From the NCBI GenBank assembly GCA_963664875.1, contig OY761611.1, forward strand, positions 192,001-256,000: a stretch of 64,000 nt of DNA, in the 5' to 3' direction. Below, piece after piece: positions 31,282 through 40,711 of the stretch (its first letter is position 1; each line of letters opens with the position of its first letter). This stretch comes from Candidatus Kapaibacterium sp. (GTDB taxonomy: Bacteria > Bacteroidota > Ignavibacteria > Kapaibacteriales > UBA2268). The notes under the pieces are model-generated. The model was not told where the DNA came from, did not search any database, and was given only the letters and a program-made list of their open reading frames with translations. The translations under genes were made by a program, and so were the position numbers.

Positions 31282-31626
31282 TTAATGGTCGCAGAGATTA
31301 CTACCTGTTGCCAAGTTGTTGCTTAGATATGATTTTACTAATTCTGTAGGGCTTCCGGCAGTAACTCCCATACATACTTCAATATTATTTTCTGCAAATA
31401 AGTCTTGAGCTTTTTGACCCATGCCACCGGCAATAATAACATGTACTCCTTGATCTGCAAGAAAACGAGGATAAACTCCGGGCTGATGCACAGGAGGCTC
31501 TACCATTGATTCATTTGTTATAGCACCGTCGATTGTTTCGAGAACTGCAAACTTTTCGCAATGACCAAAATGAGCACAAAGTTTTCCTGATTCAGTTGGC
31601 ACAGCAAATTTAATAGACTTTGACAT
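31282..31626 (-). CDS. NifB/NifX-family protein
   Basis: CAHFGHC, IAGGMG, C-terminal NLCDH. Confidence 0.85.
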   Translation of the reverse strand: MSKSIKFAVPTESGKLCAHFGHCEKFAVLETIDGAITNESMVEPPVHQPGVYPRFLADQGVHVIIAGGMGQKAQDLFAENNIEVCMGVTAGSPTELVKSYLSNNLATGSNLCDH

Positions 31627-31786
31627 AGTAATAATCCTTTTTAGGTATAAGTTTGATTTAAGCTTATGTATATTTTGAGAAATATATCAATGTTTTTGCG
31701 AATCTAATCACAGTGTAAATGTTTACATAAGGAAGATAAATGTATATATTTCAATCAGTAAAGTGTATTTACCTAATATAGTGAAA

Positions 31787-31857
31787 GGAAGAAAGCAAGG
31801 AGAGATTTATGCATGATTTACCTGTTGAGTATAAGAACAAAACACTTGCTTTCTTCC
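31787..31857 (-). other. 13-bp perfect inverted repeat with 45-nt loop after the DUF5320-like gene
   Basis: GGAAGAAAGCAAG (31787-31799) / CTTGCTTTCTTCC (31845-31857). Confidence 0.6.
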
Positions 31858-31866
31858 CAAAATTCA

Positions 31867-32118
31867 CTAACCCTTTTTAAAAATTATATTTTCTAATGCG
31901 TTCAGCCTGTCTGAGATAGTTTGCATGAAGCTGTTACCATTTTCGTTAGCTCTACCTCTGCCTTGTCCACGCATTTTTCCTCTTCCACCTTGTCCGCGGC
32001 ATCTGCCACGACCAAAAGTATTTTCATTGTCTGACTTGTCAGCTCCTTTGCAGTTACCCAAGCCTCTTCCTGTCATTGGACCTTCTCCGAGAGGACCCAT
32101 ATTATTTTTGTTTGGCAT
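31867..32118 (-). CDS. DUF5320-like Gly/Arg-rich small protein
   Basis: MP....GPLGEGPMTGRGLGNC, GRG repeats, short C-terminal coiled coil. Confidence 0.8.
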   Translation of the reverse strand: MPNKNNMGPLGEGPMTGRGLGNCKGADKSDNENTFGRGRCRGQGGRGKMRGQGRGRANENGNSFMQTISDRLNALENIIFKKG

Positions 32119-32129
32119 ATTATACTCCG

Positions 32130-32570
32130 TTACTCATTACTTTGACAGCATTTGCCGTGACCAAAGCCTCCGGCAAAGTTTATTAGCTTATTTGAGTTAC
32201 ATTCAGGACAATTTCTGATATTGTCTTCAAAACTTATTTTAAACATATGCCCACAATCGATGCATCTGATTATATTGTTTCGGAAGTGAATATTTCCACC
32301 TTCTATTATCAGCATTTTCCCGTTTATAATAAAGTCAGCTATTTTGTTTCGTGCTTTATCTATCATTCGCGTAAAAGTTGAACGGGAGATACCCATTTCG
32401 TCTGCTGCATCAGCGTGCGAAAGTCCTAATTCGTCTGCAAGTCTCAGTGCTTCGTATTCGTCCAAACTTAGCATTACTTTGACTAATCCAGGCCCTTTTA
32501 CTCCAATTGGTTTGAAAGCATTGAAAAGGGGTGGTGTTCCTACGATTCTATTTTTTTCTGTTCTTGGCAT
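32130..32570 (-). CDS. DUF134 (UPF0251) HTH protein with C-terminal zinc ribbon
   Basis: MPR start at 32570; FKP.G, DEYEALRLAD, AADEMGISRSTF, IEGG; CIDC...CPEC. Confidence 0.88.
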   Translation of the reverse strand: MPRTEKNRIVGTPPLFNAFKPIGVKGPGLVKVMLSLDEYEALRLADELGLSHADAADEMGISRSTFTRMIDKARNKIADFIINGKMLIIEGGNIHFRNNIIRCIDCGHMFKISFEDNIRNCPECNSNKLINFAGGFGHGKCCQSNE

Positions 32571-32589
32571 AGTTTCTACTCCAAATATA

Positions 32590-32605
32590 ATGCACATAGG
32601 TGCAT
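32590..32605. promoter_or_regulatory. Palindromic operator candidate upstream of the DUF134 gene
   Basis: ATGCAC-ATAG-GTGCAT, directly next to a minus-strand TATATTTG (TAnnTTTG) promoter element at 32582-32589. Confidence 0.55.
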
Positions 32606-32771
32606 AATCCAAATGTTTTTTTTACTTATTCTAAAAAATATTTATACAGTGCCGGTTTTATCAATATAAATCTAAGCTTAGCAAGCTTTTCAATGTATAT
32701 TTTATTGGATTGAAAAAAATACTTTATATTGCATAATATAAAGATTATAATCAAACATACGAGGTATTTAT

Positions 32772-33875
32772 ATGAAATATAGTGCAATATTGTTATTACT
32801 AATCTTTGCAGTATCGAATTCCTTTGCAAAGATTATCACTAAACCTTACCTTCAGGCAGGAACTTTCAAAAGTATGGTAATAATGACAGAATGTGACAAT
32901 CAGGAACCTGTAACTGTGGAATTTACAGATCCGACTGGCAAAACTGAAAAAGCTTCTACTTTTTTTATCGTTGAGACTGATACTGTACCCAAAACATTTG
33001 TACATAGGATAAAATTGAAAAATCTATCTGAAAATACAAGTTACAAATACAAAGTCTTTCAAGACAATAACAAGAGCTACACAGGTGATTTCAAAACACT
33101 ATCAAGAGATAACAATGATACAGTATCATTTGCCATATTAGGAGATACAAGGTCTAATCCTAATAATGTTCCTGCAATATTTGCAAAAAAAATATTAGAG
33201 AAAAGACCCGATTTTTCTATTTATTTGGGGGATCTTTGCTATAAACCCGGATATCAATACTATAAAAACGAATTTCTAATACCCGAACAATTAGACTTAG
33301 CTTCTAAAGTGCCGTTCTATAATGCAGTTGGCAACCATGAAGATTGGAAGCAAAACACCAAAGCCTTCACTCAGTCTCCTTCTGACGGTACTGATAATTT
33401 GCCTTATTATTCTTTCGATGCAGGAGACGTGCATGTATTGGTTATGAGCACAGAAACATCACTTTCCGAAAAATCTGATCAATACAAGTTTGCTGAAGCA
33501 GACTTGAAAACAACAAAGAAAAAATGGAAAGTAGTCGCTTTTCATATACCTGCATATTGTGCCGGTGCTCATGGAGAAAACAAAGTGATGAAGAGACTTA
33601 CTACAAATTTGTTTGAAAAATATGGGGTGGATGTGATTTTTGCAGGTCATTGTCACTTTTATCAACACAATCTTGTAAATGGCTTGCATCACTTCATAAT
33701 GGCTGGCGGTGGTGCGCCTCTATATACACCAAAAGAAGCACCTTATGTATTGAAATCTGTCAAAACTCATCATTATGGGCTCGTAGAAGTTACCGGCGAT
33801 AAATTTATAGTAAGAGCATTTGATAAAAAAGATGCTTTAGTAGATGAAGTGGTTATTCAAAAGAAAAAGAAATAG
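32772..33875 (+). CDS. Purple-acid-phosphatase-like metallophosphoesterase with FN3-like N-domain, exported
   Basis: Signal peptide; GDTR, GDLCY, GNHE, FH.P and GHCH motifs. Confidence 0.88.
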   Translation: MKYSAILLLLIFAVSNSFAKIITKPYLQAGTFKSMVIMTECDNQEPVTVEFTDPTGKTEKASTFFIVETDTVPKTFVHRIKLKNLSENTSYKYKVFQDNNKSYTGDFKTLSRDNNDTVSFAILGDTRSNPNNVPAIFAKKILEKRPDFSIYLGDLCYKPGYQYYKNEFLIPEQLDLASKVPFYNAVGNHEDWKQNTKAFTQSPSDGTDNLPYYSFDAGDVHVLVMSTETSLSEKSDQYKFAEADLKTTKKKWKVVAFHIPAYCAGAHGENKVMKRLTTNLFEKYGVDVIFAGHCHFYQHNLVNGLHHFIMAGGGAPLYTPKEAPYVLKSVKTHHYGLVEVTGDKFIVRAFDKKDALVDEVVIQKKKK

Positions 33876-33913
33876 ACAGATTTAATCCCTCTGATATTTT
33901 TAAGAAGACCTGG

Positions 33914-34594
33914 CTAATCGAGTAAGTCAGGTCTTCTTTTTAATGTTTTTTGGTAAGCTTGCTCTTGTTGCCATTCTTTAATTAGCTTATGGTTGCCACC
34001 CAGTAGTACCTCCGGCACTTTCATACCTCTGTATTCAGCAGGTCGGGTATATTGAGGAGCTTCCAGAAGCCCATCCATATAAGAATCATCTAAGGCAGAT
34101 TCTGCATCGCCCAATACACCGGGCAGAAGACGAATGATTGAATCAACAAAGACAAGTGCAGGCAATTCGCCCCCGGAAAGAACAAAGTCTCCGATAGAAA
34201 TTTCTCTGCTTATCAGTGTATCTCTGATTCTTTGATCAATGCCTTTGTAATGTCCTGCAAGAATAATAATATTTTTGAACATTGAAAATTCGTTTGCTAT
34301 AGTCTGAGTCAAACGTTCTCCATCTGCAGTCATATATACGATTGCATCATATTCTCTTTCTGATTGCAGCTTTTCGATACATTTGAAGACGGGATCGCAC
34401 ATGATAAGCATTCCTGCTGCACCGCCATAGGGATAATCATCAACAGCCTGATATTTTCCTTCACCATAATCGTGTAGGTTGTGAGTTACAATTTCAGCAA
34501 TACCTTTTTCTTGAGCAATTTTTAATATGCTGGCATTGATAACAGAATCAAACATATAAGGAACTGCCGAAATAATATCAATCCTGTATTTCAT
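33914..34594 (-). CDS. trmD: tRNA (guanine-N1)-methyltransferase
   Basis: VDDYPYGG..GM, GHYKGIDQR, SIGDFVLSGGE, PQYTRP. Confidence 0.95.
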   Translation of the reverse strand: MKYRIDIISAVPYMFDSVINASILKIAQEKGIAEIVTHNLHDYGEGKYQAVDDYPYGGAAGMLIMCDPVFKCIEKLQSEREYDAIVYMTADGERLTQTIANEFSMFKNIIILAGHYKGIDQRIRDTLISREISIGDFVLSGGELPALVFVDSIIRLLPGVLGDAESALDDSYMDGLLEAPQYTRPAEYRGMKVPEVLLGGNHKLIKEWQQEQAYQKTLKRRPDLLD

Positions 34595-35132
34595 CATCTT
34601 CATCATCCTTCTCATCGTTACCGTTCACCAAATCGAACAATCCGTCCATTGGTATGATACCTATTACCATACTTTCTTCGTCGATGAAGTCAATTACATC
34701 CTCTATCATGGGAATTGGCAATTCACCCTTTTCGGTTTGAACCAAAATCACATCGTTTGCAGGCAGTTGCCAGTAGTCTATTACCTTTCCAATTTCAGTT
34801 TCGTCGTCAACATTAACAACTATGAAATCTAAAAGTTCATCGTCGAAATATGGCTTTCTTGTATCTCTTATTATATCTTCCTGAGAGCAAAATACTCCCT
34901 GCTCTTTTAGAGTTGAAGCCAGTTCTTTGCTATTGATACCTTCAATGTCTAAAATAGCACCTTTGGAATTTTTTTTCCAGTGCTTTAGAGTGAAAGTTTT
35001 ACCAAAGTTTTCAGAAAATCCTATCTTGAGTGTAGCGCCTTTTCTGATTTTTTCGACTGCTGAGGGCACTTCGCCGACAAAAATGCTGCCCGAAGTACCT
35101 TTTGTGTTTACTATAGTTCCGATATATTTCAT
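34578..35132 (-). CDS. rimM: Ribosome maturation factor RimM
   Basis: IG.IV...G..G N-terminus, PRC-barrel C-terminus (PANDV...IP), immediately upstream of trmD. Confidence 0.85.
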   Translation of the reverse strand: MKYIGTIVNTKGTSGSIFVGEVPSAVEKIRKGATLKIGFSENFGKTFTLKHWKKNSKGAILDIEGINSKELASTLKEQGVFCSQEDIIRDTRKPYFDDELLDFIVVNVDDETEIGKVIDYWQLPANDVILVQTEKGELPIPMIEDVIDFIDEESMVIGIIPMDGLFDLVNGNDEKDDEDDEIQD

Positions 35133-35167
35133 ATTGCAAATTTACTAAAAAAAGGGGAGTTTATAGA

Positions 35168-35905
35168 TTAAAATATCATTACGTAAGCAATTCCAAAAGT
35201 GAAGTTGTTTGTATCAGATTCTTTATAAATATCTCCATTAAATGAAGTGTAGTAGCTTGTGTTGGTACTGAAAGTATATTTAACGCTGAATTCAAGGTAA
35301 GAGCCTCTTGCATTGGGATTTTGGAAATCAAATGGGAGCAAAAAACCTGCTCCGACTCCGTATGCTAAGGAAGCAGAATTATCTATAGAACTTGTAGGTG
35401 AGTCTTCTTCACTTTCAAAAAGATTATAAAACATGGAGCTAAGGTGAGACCGAGAATCCACATATAGCCAGTTGATGCCGAAAAAACCTTCAATATAAGG
35501 TTGTAAAATGCCATCATTAGTTATAAACTTAATGTTTGTCATCAGTTGGTCAAAGCCAAAAGTATAATTTTCTGTATAATCATCGTAATATATCTCAGAA
35601 AAGTCGTAAGTATGGAGATTCCAAAAGAAACCAATAGCTATATTCTGTCTGTCAATAAACCAAGCTACCGAACTTGACAATCCATGGAAAATATTATCAG
35701 TATTTGATTTGAATTTTCCGAGAGGAGAAACTTGAGAATACCCAATCCCTAAGATAACATGCCTCGAAGGTGATTCAATATACTGATTAGGTTTTTCTTG
35801 CTCTACAATTGTCTCTTTGGTTTCGTCATCCTGAAGCTCCGGATGCTGTGAATACAAATTGACAGAGATAAAAAAAGAGATAAAATATAGTAAATATTTT
35901 AACAT
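35168..35905 (-). CDS. Outer-membrane beta-barrel protein
   Basis: Signal peptide, amphipathic strands (QPYIEG..G, YGVGAG), terminal Phe. Confidence 0.65.
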   Translation of the reverse strand: MLKYLLYFISFFISVNLYSQHPELQDDETKETIVEQEKPNQYIESPSRHVILGIGYSQVSPLGKFKSNTDNIFHGLSSSVAWFIDRQNIAIGFFWNLHTYDFSEIYYDDYTENYTFGFDQLMTNIKFITNDGILQPYIEGFFGINWLYVDSRSHLSSMFYNLFESEEDSPTSSIDNSASLAYGVGAGFLLPFDFQNPNARGSYLEFSVKYTFSTNTSYYTSFNGDIYKESDTNNFTFGIAYVMIF

Positions 35906-36055
35906 GATAATTTCCGAATAATAATTTTTCAGTTTAAACGCAAAAAGCTCGAATTTTGTTGCAACTTCACTAATATTTGCGAAAAATCAACAATTCAAGT
36001 CTTGATGAAACGTTTGAACAATTTATTCTTACATTGTCAAACAATTTAACAAAAT

Positions 36056-39000
36056 ATGATGATAAACCCGAATGAAGCTTTTGAAGTAGAACTGTTTTAT
36101 CAGTTCCTAAAGGACGAGGAATCAGTAAGCCCGAGTTGGAGAAAATATTTTTCTGAAAACAGAGAAAGATTTGACAAATCAATCAAATATGAAAGTAATA
36201 AAGAGACCAAAAAATTTAAAGATATTGAAAAAATAGATAAAGCTTCGCAGAAAACAGAAACTGCTCCCAAAAAAGAAGTCACATTTTCGCTTAGGAGCGA
36301 CGAGGTATTGGAAGAAATGCCATCTATTCCTGCTAAAATTGCTGCAAACATGGAATCTTCACTTACAATTCCTACTGCAACTTCAGTAAGAACCATTCCG
36401 GTTAAAGCATTGGATGAAAACAGGAGAGTAATCAATAAGTATTTGGTACAAAACAAAAGAAAGAAAATATCTTTTACACATATACTTGCTTGGGCTATCG
36501 TTCGAGCCATGGTGAAATTCCCGCAGATGAATGATTCGTATGCCTTGCAGGACGGTAAGGCACACAGAGTCAAGAAAAAACACATAAACATAGGTTTGGC
36601 TGTCGATATTACAAAAAAAGACGGCTCTAGACTTTTACTTGTTCCGAATATTAAAAAAGCAGAAAGCCTGAATTTCAGAGAATTTATCGATAAATATGAT
36701 GAACTGATAGACAAAGCGAGAAATAACCGAATAAATATTGATGATTTGGAAGGGACTACTGTATCTCTGACCAATCCGGGAATGATTGGGACCACTCACT
36801 CCAATCCACGTTTGATGGTTGGGCAGGGGACTATTATCGCTACAGGTGCGATCGACTATCCGGTTGAGTTTCAGGCAGTAAAACCTGAGTTAATGACTTC
36901 TATGGCAGTGTCAAAGGTTGTCACTATTACGAATACTTATGACCACAGGATTATTCAAGGTGCAGAATCAGCTGAATATTTGGCATACATCCACAAGCTA
37001 TTAATTGGCGAGAAACATTTTTATGATCAAATATTTGCTGCACTTCAAATTCCTTTTGAACCGGTAAGATGGCAGATTGATTATGACAACAGTCAAAAGC
37101 ACAGTACTGATCCTGAGCGCGAAAAAATTGAAAAAGGTGCTCACGTTATGCAGTTGATAAATGCCTACCGAGTACGTGGACATTTGCTTTCTTCTGTCAA
37201 TCCACTCGGTTTGCAGTCTTATTATTATCCGGAATTAGATCCTGCTTATTATGGATTTTCTATTTGGGATTTGGACAGAGTCTTTCATGCTGACGACAGT
37301 TGGGATTCCAATAACAAGTCTCTTAGAGATATTATTGAGTTGCTAAGAGATTCATATTGCGGGCCAATGGCAATAGAATTTATGCACATTTCTAATCCTT
37401 TAGAAAAAAACTGGATTAAAGAAAAGAGTGAAGTTGCTAAAAACAGACTTGCTATTTCTGAAGAAGATAAATTACATGCATTTAAAAAAATTGTTCAAGC
37501 CGAAGAGTTTGAGAACTTTCTCCATACAAGATTTTTAGGGCATAAAAGATTCTCGCTCGAAGGTGGCGAATCATTGATTGTTTTAGTAGATAAATTATTC
37601 GAAAAAGCAGCTGATAATTCACCCCAGCACATTGTCTTAGGCATGGCACACAGAGGTAGATTAAATGTGCTTGTGAATAATATCGGCAAAGAAAAAGCTA
37701 AAATATTCAATGAATTTGATGACGATGTGGATATAAGTACTTACCATGGTGCAGGCGACGTTAAGTATCACCTTGGAGACAAAGGCAAATATGTTTCTCG
37801 GAAGGGTAGTGAAATTCCTGTTGTTATCTCTTCCAATCCAAGTCATCTTGAATTAGTAGATCCTGTGATTGAAGGTATGGCAAGAGCGATAGACAATGCA
37901 ATTGGAGACAAAGAGCACAAAGCCGCTATGCCGATTCTAATCCATGGCGATGCTGCTTTTGCAGGTCAGGGGCTTGTAGCAGAAACATTAAATCTCTCAA
38001 AATTAGAAGGTTACCGTACAGGTGGTACAATACATATAGTCGTAAATAATCAAATTGGTTTTACCACAAATGCAGAATCTGCCAGATCATCTGTTTACGC
38101 AACCGATATAGGTAAAACTATAATGGCACCGATTATCCATGTTAACGGGAATGATCCTGAAGCTGTTATCAAAGCTGCAGATATGGCTTTCGAATACAGG
38201 GAAAAATTTAGCGGTGACATAATAATTGATATGGTTTGCTATAGAAAATACGGCCACAACGAGGCGGACGAGCCAAGCTACACTCAGCCTTTGCTTTATA
38301 AAAAAATAAACAAGATGCGTCCGATTTCTGATATTTACGGCACTCATCTCACAAAAGAAGCTTTACTTGATGAAGAAAAGATAGTTGCAATTAAAAAAGA
38401 TGTTATCGAAGAGTTGGATGCTGCCTTTAATAAAAGGAAAACAAGAGAATACGCTACCAAAGTAGCTTTCAGAATTGCCGAAGGAACAGCAACAAGACCA
38501 TATTTTACTGCAATACAGGAAAGTGATATCAAAGAGATAACAAAAGCTCTTACAAGCTATCCTGAAGGCTTTAATGCAAATCCTAAAGTCGTTAGTCTTC
38601 TCAAAAAACGAGATAAAATGGTAAATGGAGAAAAAACCGCTATTGACTGGGCTATGGCTGAAGCTCTTGCGTTTGGAAGTATCCTAAGCGAGGGAAGGCA
38701 TATCAGATTTACAGGCCAAGATAGTCGAAGGGGGACTTTCAGCCAGCGCCATGCTGTTTTGACTGACTATGTTACAGAAGATGCCTATATCCCACTAAAT
38801 GATATTCGCAAAGATCAAGGTGTCATGAGAATTTATGACAGTCCATTGTCAGAAATGGCTGTGCTTGGTTTTGAGTATGGCTATAGTATAGTTTCTCCTG
38901 ATACTTTAACTCTTTGGGAAGCTCAATTTGGAGATTTTGCAAACAATGCTATTTCTATAGTTGACCAATTTCTTGCTTGTTCGCAGGTAAAATGGGGAGA

Positions 39001-39664
39001 ATCCGCATCTCTCGTGATGCTCTTGCCGCACTCTTATGACGGACAGGGGTCCGAACATTCAAGTGCCAGATTAGAGAGATACTTACAGCTATGTGCTCAG
39101 GAAAATATGGTAGTAGCAAATCTCACTACACCTGCACAATATTTCCATATACTTCGCAGACAAATGTTCATGGCACATAAATTGCCTTTGATTTTGATGA
39201 CACCGAAATCTATGCTCAGACACCCGTTAGCAGTATCTGAATTGAAAGAATTTACTCAAGGGGAGTTTAGGCATATTATTGATGATGAGCAAACAGATAA
39301 ATCAAAAGTCAAACGCATTTTAGTTTGTACCGGTAAGATTTACTATGAGCTATTGAAAGAAAAAACAGATAAGAAAATAGAAGATGTTGCTATTGTAAGA
39401 TTGGAACAGATTTATCCATTGCATCATGATTTGTTGAAATCAATATTAGAAACATATCCAAATGCAGAAGAATATTTCTGGGTGCAGGAAGAACCAAAAA
39501 ATATGGGTGCTTGGAATTATTTCCTTACATCCATTTTAGAGCTTGAATTTGACTTTAGATTCAAATATATTGGAAGAAAGGCAAGTGCCAGCACTGCTAC
39601 CGGTTCGTTTAAAATGCATCAGGCGGAACAAAATAGTATAATTTCTGAAGCTTTTGCAAAATAA
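36056..39664 (+). CDS. kgd: Multifunctional 2-oxoglutarate dehydrogenase E2o-E1o fusion (Kgd/OdhA type)
   Basis: N-terminal acyltransferase domain with TYDHRIIQGAES, then E1o motifs KRFSLEG, GMAHRGRLN, GDVKYH, HGDAAF.GQG, WEAQFGDF. Confidence 0.92.
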   Translation: MMINPNEAFEVELFYQFLKDEESVSPSWRKYFSENRERFDKSIKYESNKETKKFKDIEKIDKASQKTETAPKKEVTFSLRSDEVLEEMPSIPAKIAANMESSLTIPTATSVRTIPVKALDENRRVINKYLVQNKRKKISFTHILAWAIVRAMVKFPQMNDSYALQDGKAHRVKKKHINIGLAVDITKKDGSRLLLVPNIKKAESLNFREFIDKYDELIDKARNNRINIDDLEGTTVSLTNPGMIGTTHSNPRLMVGQGTIIATGAIDYPVEFQAVKPELMTSMAVSKVVTITNTYDHRIIQGAESAEYLAYIHKLLIGEKHFYDQIFAALQIPFEPVRWQIDYDNSQKHSTDPEREKIEKGAHVMQLINAYRVRGHLLSSVNPLGLQSYYYPELDPAYYGFSIWDLDRVFHADDSWDSNNKSLRDIIELLRDSYCGPMAIEFMHISNPLEKNWIKEKSEVAKNRLAISEEDKLHAFKKIVQAEEFENFLHTRFLGHKRFSLEGGESLIVLVDKLFEKAADNSPQHIVLGMAHRGRLNVLVNNIGKEKAKIFNEFDDDVDISTYHGAGDVKYHLGDKGKYVSRKGSEIPVVISSNPSHLELVDPVIEGMARAIDNAIGDKEHKAAMPILIHGDAAFAGQGLVAETLNLSKLEGYRTGGTIHIVVNNQIGFTTNAESARSSVYATDIGKTIMAPIIHVNGNDPEAVIKAADMAFEYREKFSGDIIIDMVCYRKYGHNEADEPSYTQPLLYKKINKMRPISDIYGTHLTKEALLDEEKIVAIKKDVIEELDAAFNKRKTREYATKVAFRIAEGTATRPYFTAIQESDIKEITKALTSYPEGFNANPKVVSLLKKRDKMVNGEKTAIDWAMAEALAFGSILSEGRHIRFTGQDSRRGTFSQRHAVLTDYVTEDAYIPLNDIRKDQGVMRIYDSPLSEMAVLGFEYGYSIVSPDTLTLWEAQFGDFANNAISIVDQFLACSQVKWGESASLVMLLPHSYDGQGSEHSSARLERYLQLCAQENMVVANLTTPAQYFHILRRQMFMAHKLPLILMTPKSMLRHPLAVSELKEFTQGEFRHIIDDEQTDKSKVKRILVCTGKIYYELLKEKTDKKIEDVAIVRLEQIYPLHHDLLKSILETYPNAEEYFWVQEEPKNMGAWNYFLTSILELEFDFRFKYIGRKASASTATGSFKMHQAEQNSIISEAFAK

Positions 39665-39787
39665 AGTATCCGATAAATACGTTTTGTAAGATATGTTATA
39701 ATATTCTCATATTTGAGCTTTGTTTTAAGGTATTTTTTCCGTAAAATAAGTTAATCTGCGTGTACGAAATTAGAGACAAAAAACTAT

Positions 39788-40669
39788 ATGTCAGTTATCG
39801 AAACTTTAATAGAAACCCAAGAGTTCGCGACCTTGCCACCAGTGGCAACTAAAGTCCTGCAATTATTGGAAGATGACAATATCGATGTAAGAGATATTTC
39901 GAAAGTTATTGAGACAGATGCCTCTTTAACCTTGAAATTACTTAGAGTTGCCAATTCGCCACTCTATGCTACAAGGACAGAAGTAAATACAATCCATCAG
40001 GCTATAATAACACTTGGTCTAAACAGACTGACAAATATTGTGCTCGGAGTTTCAATCTTTTCAAAGTTTTTGATGAGTTCTCAAAAGCAGATTGCTGATT
40101 TGATGAAAAGGTTCTGGTGGCATGCTTCTTGTACCGGGATGGTTGCTAAATCTCTTTCTACTAAAATTGATAAATTTTACAAAGAAAATGAGTTCATTGG
40201 CGGATTGCTTCATGACATTGGCAAACTTGCCATGCTTCAGTTCGATCCGGTAAAGTACCAGAAAGTTGTAGAATTAGTCCAAAACGAACACATCACCGAC
40301 ATTGAAGCTGAAAATCAGGTATTTACTGTTTCTCACGATGTAGTAGGAGCTGAAATAGCAAAGCTATGGAAATTGCCGTCTGAGTTGACTGCAATTATTT
40401 CTCATCACACATTCCCGGAAAATGCCCCTAATCATAAAGAGTTAGTGGCTGCTGTTCGACTTGCTGATTCACTTTGTGAGGTTTGGGGAGCCGGATTTTA
40501 TGAAGGAATTGAGCAGCTTTCAGTTGCAGATTCTGCTCAGTGGAAGATTTTAGTTGAAAATAATCCATCAATGCAAAATCTGGATGTTGAGATATTCACA
40601 TTTGAGCTTGAAGAAGACTTTAAGAAATCTTCTATGTTTTTGAATATTCTTATAAACGAATCAAAATAG
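39788..40669 (+). CDS. HDOD-domain protein
   Basis: TLPPVA, D.SLT.KLLRVANSP.Y, AII.LG, FW.H, LLHDIGK, W.LP...I..HH. Confidence 0.9.
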   Translation: MSVIETLIETQEFATLPPVATKVLQLLEDDNIDVRDISKVIETDASLTLKLLRVANSPLYATRTEVNTIHQAIITLGLNRLTNIVLGVSIFSKFLMSSQKQIADLMKRFWWHASCTGMVAKSLSTKIDKFYKENEFIGGLLHDIGKLAMLQFDPVKYQKVVELVQNEHITDIEAENQVFTVSHDVVGAEIAKLWKLPSELTAIISHHTFPENAPNHKELVAAVRLADSLCEVWGAGFYEGIEQLSVADSAQWKILVENNPSMQNLDVEIFTFELEEDFKKSSMFLNILINESK

Positions 40670-40711
40670 CTATTACATATATTTTTTATATATAGAAAGA
40701 CACAAATCAAG

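Noticed and set aside
29190-31626. NifX-like and P-loop genes as nitrogen fixation genes
   Set aside because: No nifHDK/ENB genes; the ATPases are the MinD-type with inserted ferredoxin, not NifH.
36100-36795. 231-aa antisense ORF within kgd, and other shadow ORFs in the track
   Set aside because: They lie opposite or out of frame within well-conserved genes and have no recognisable motifs.
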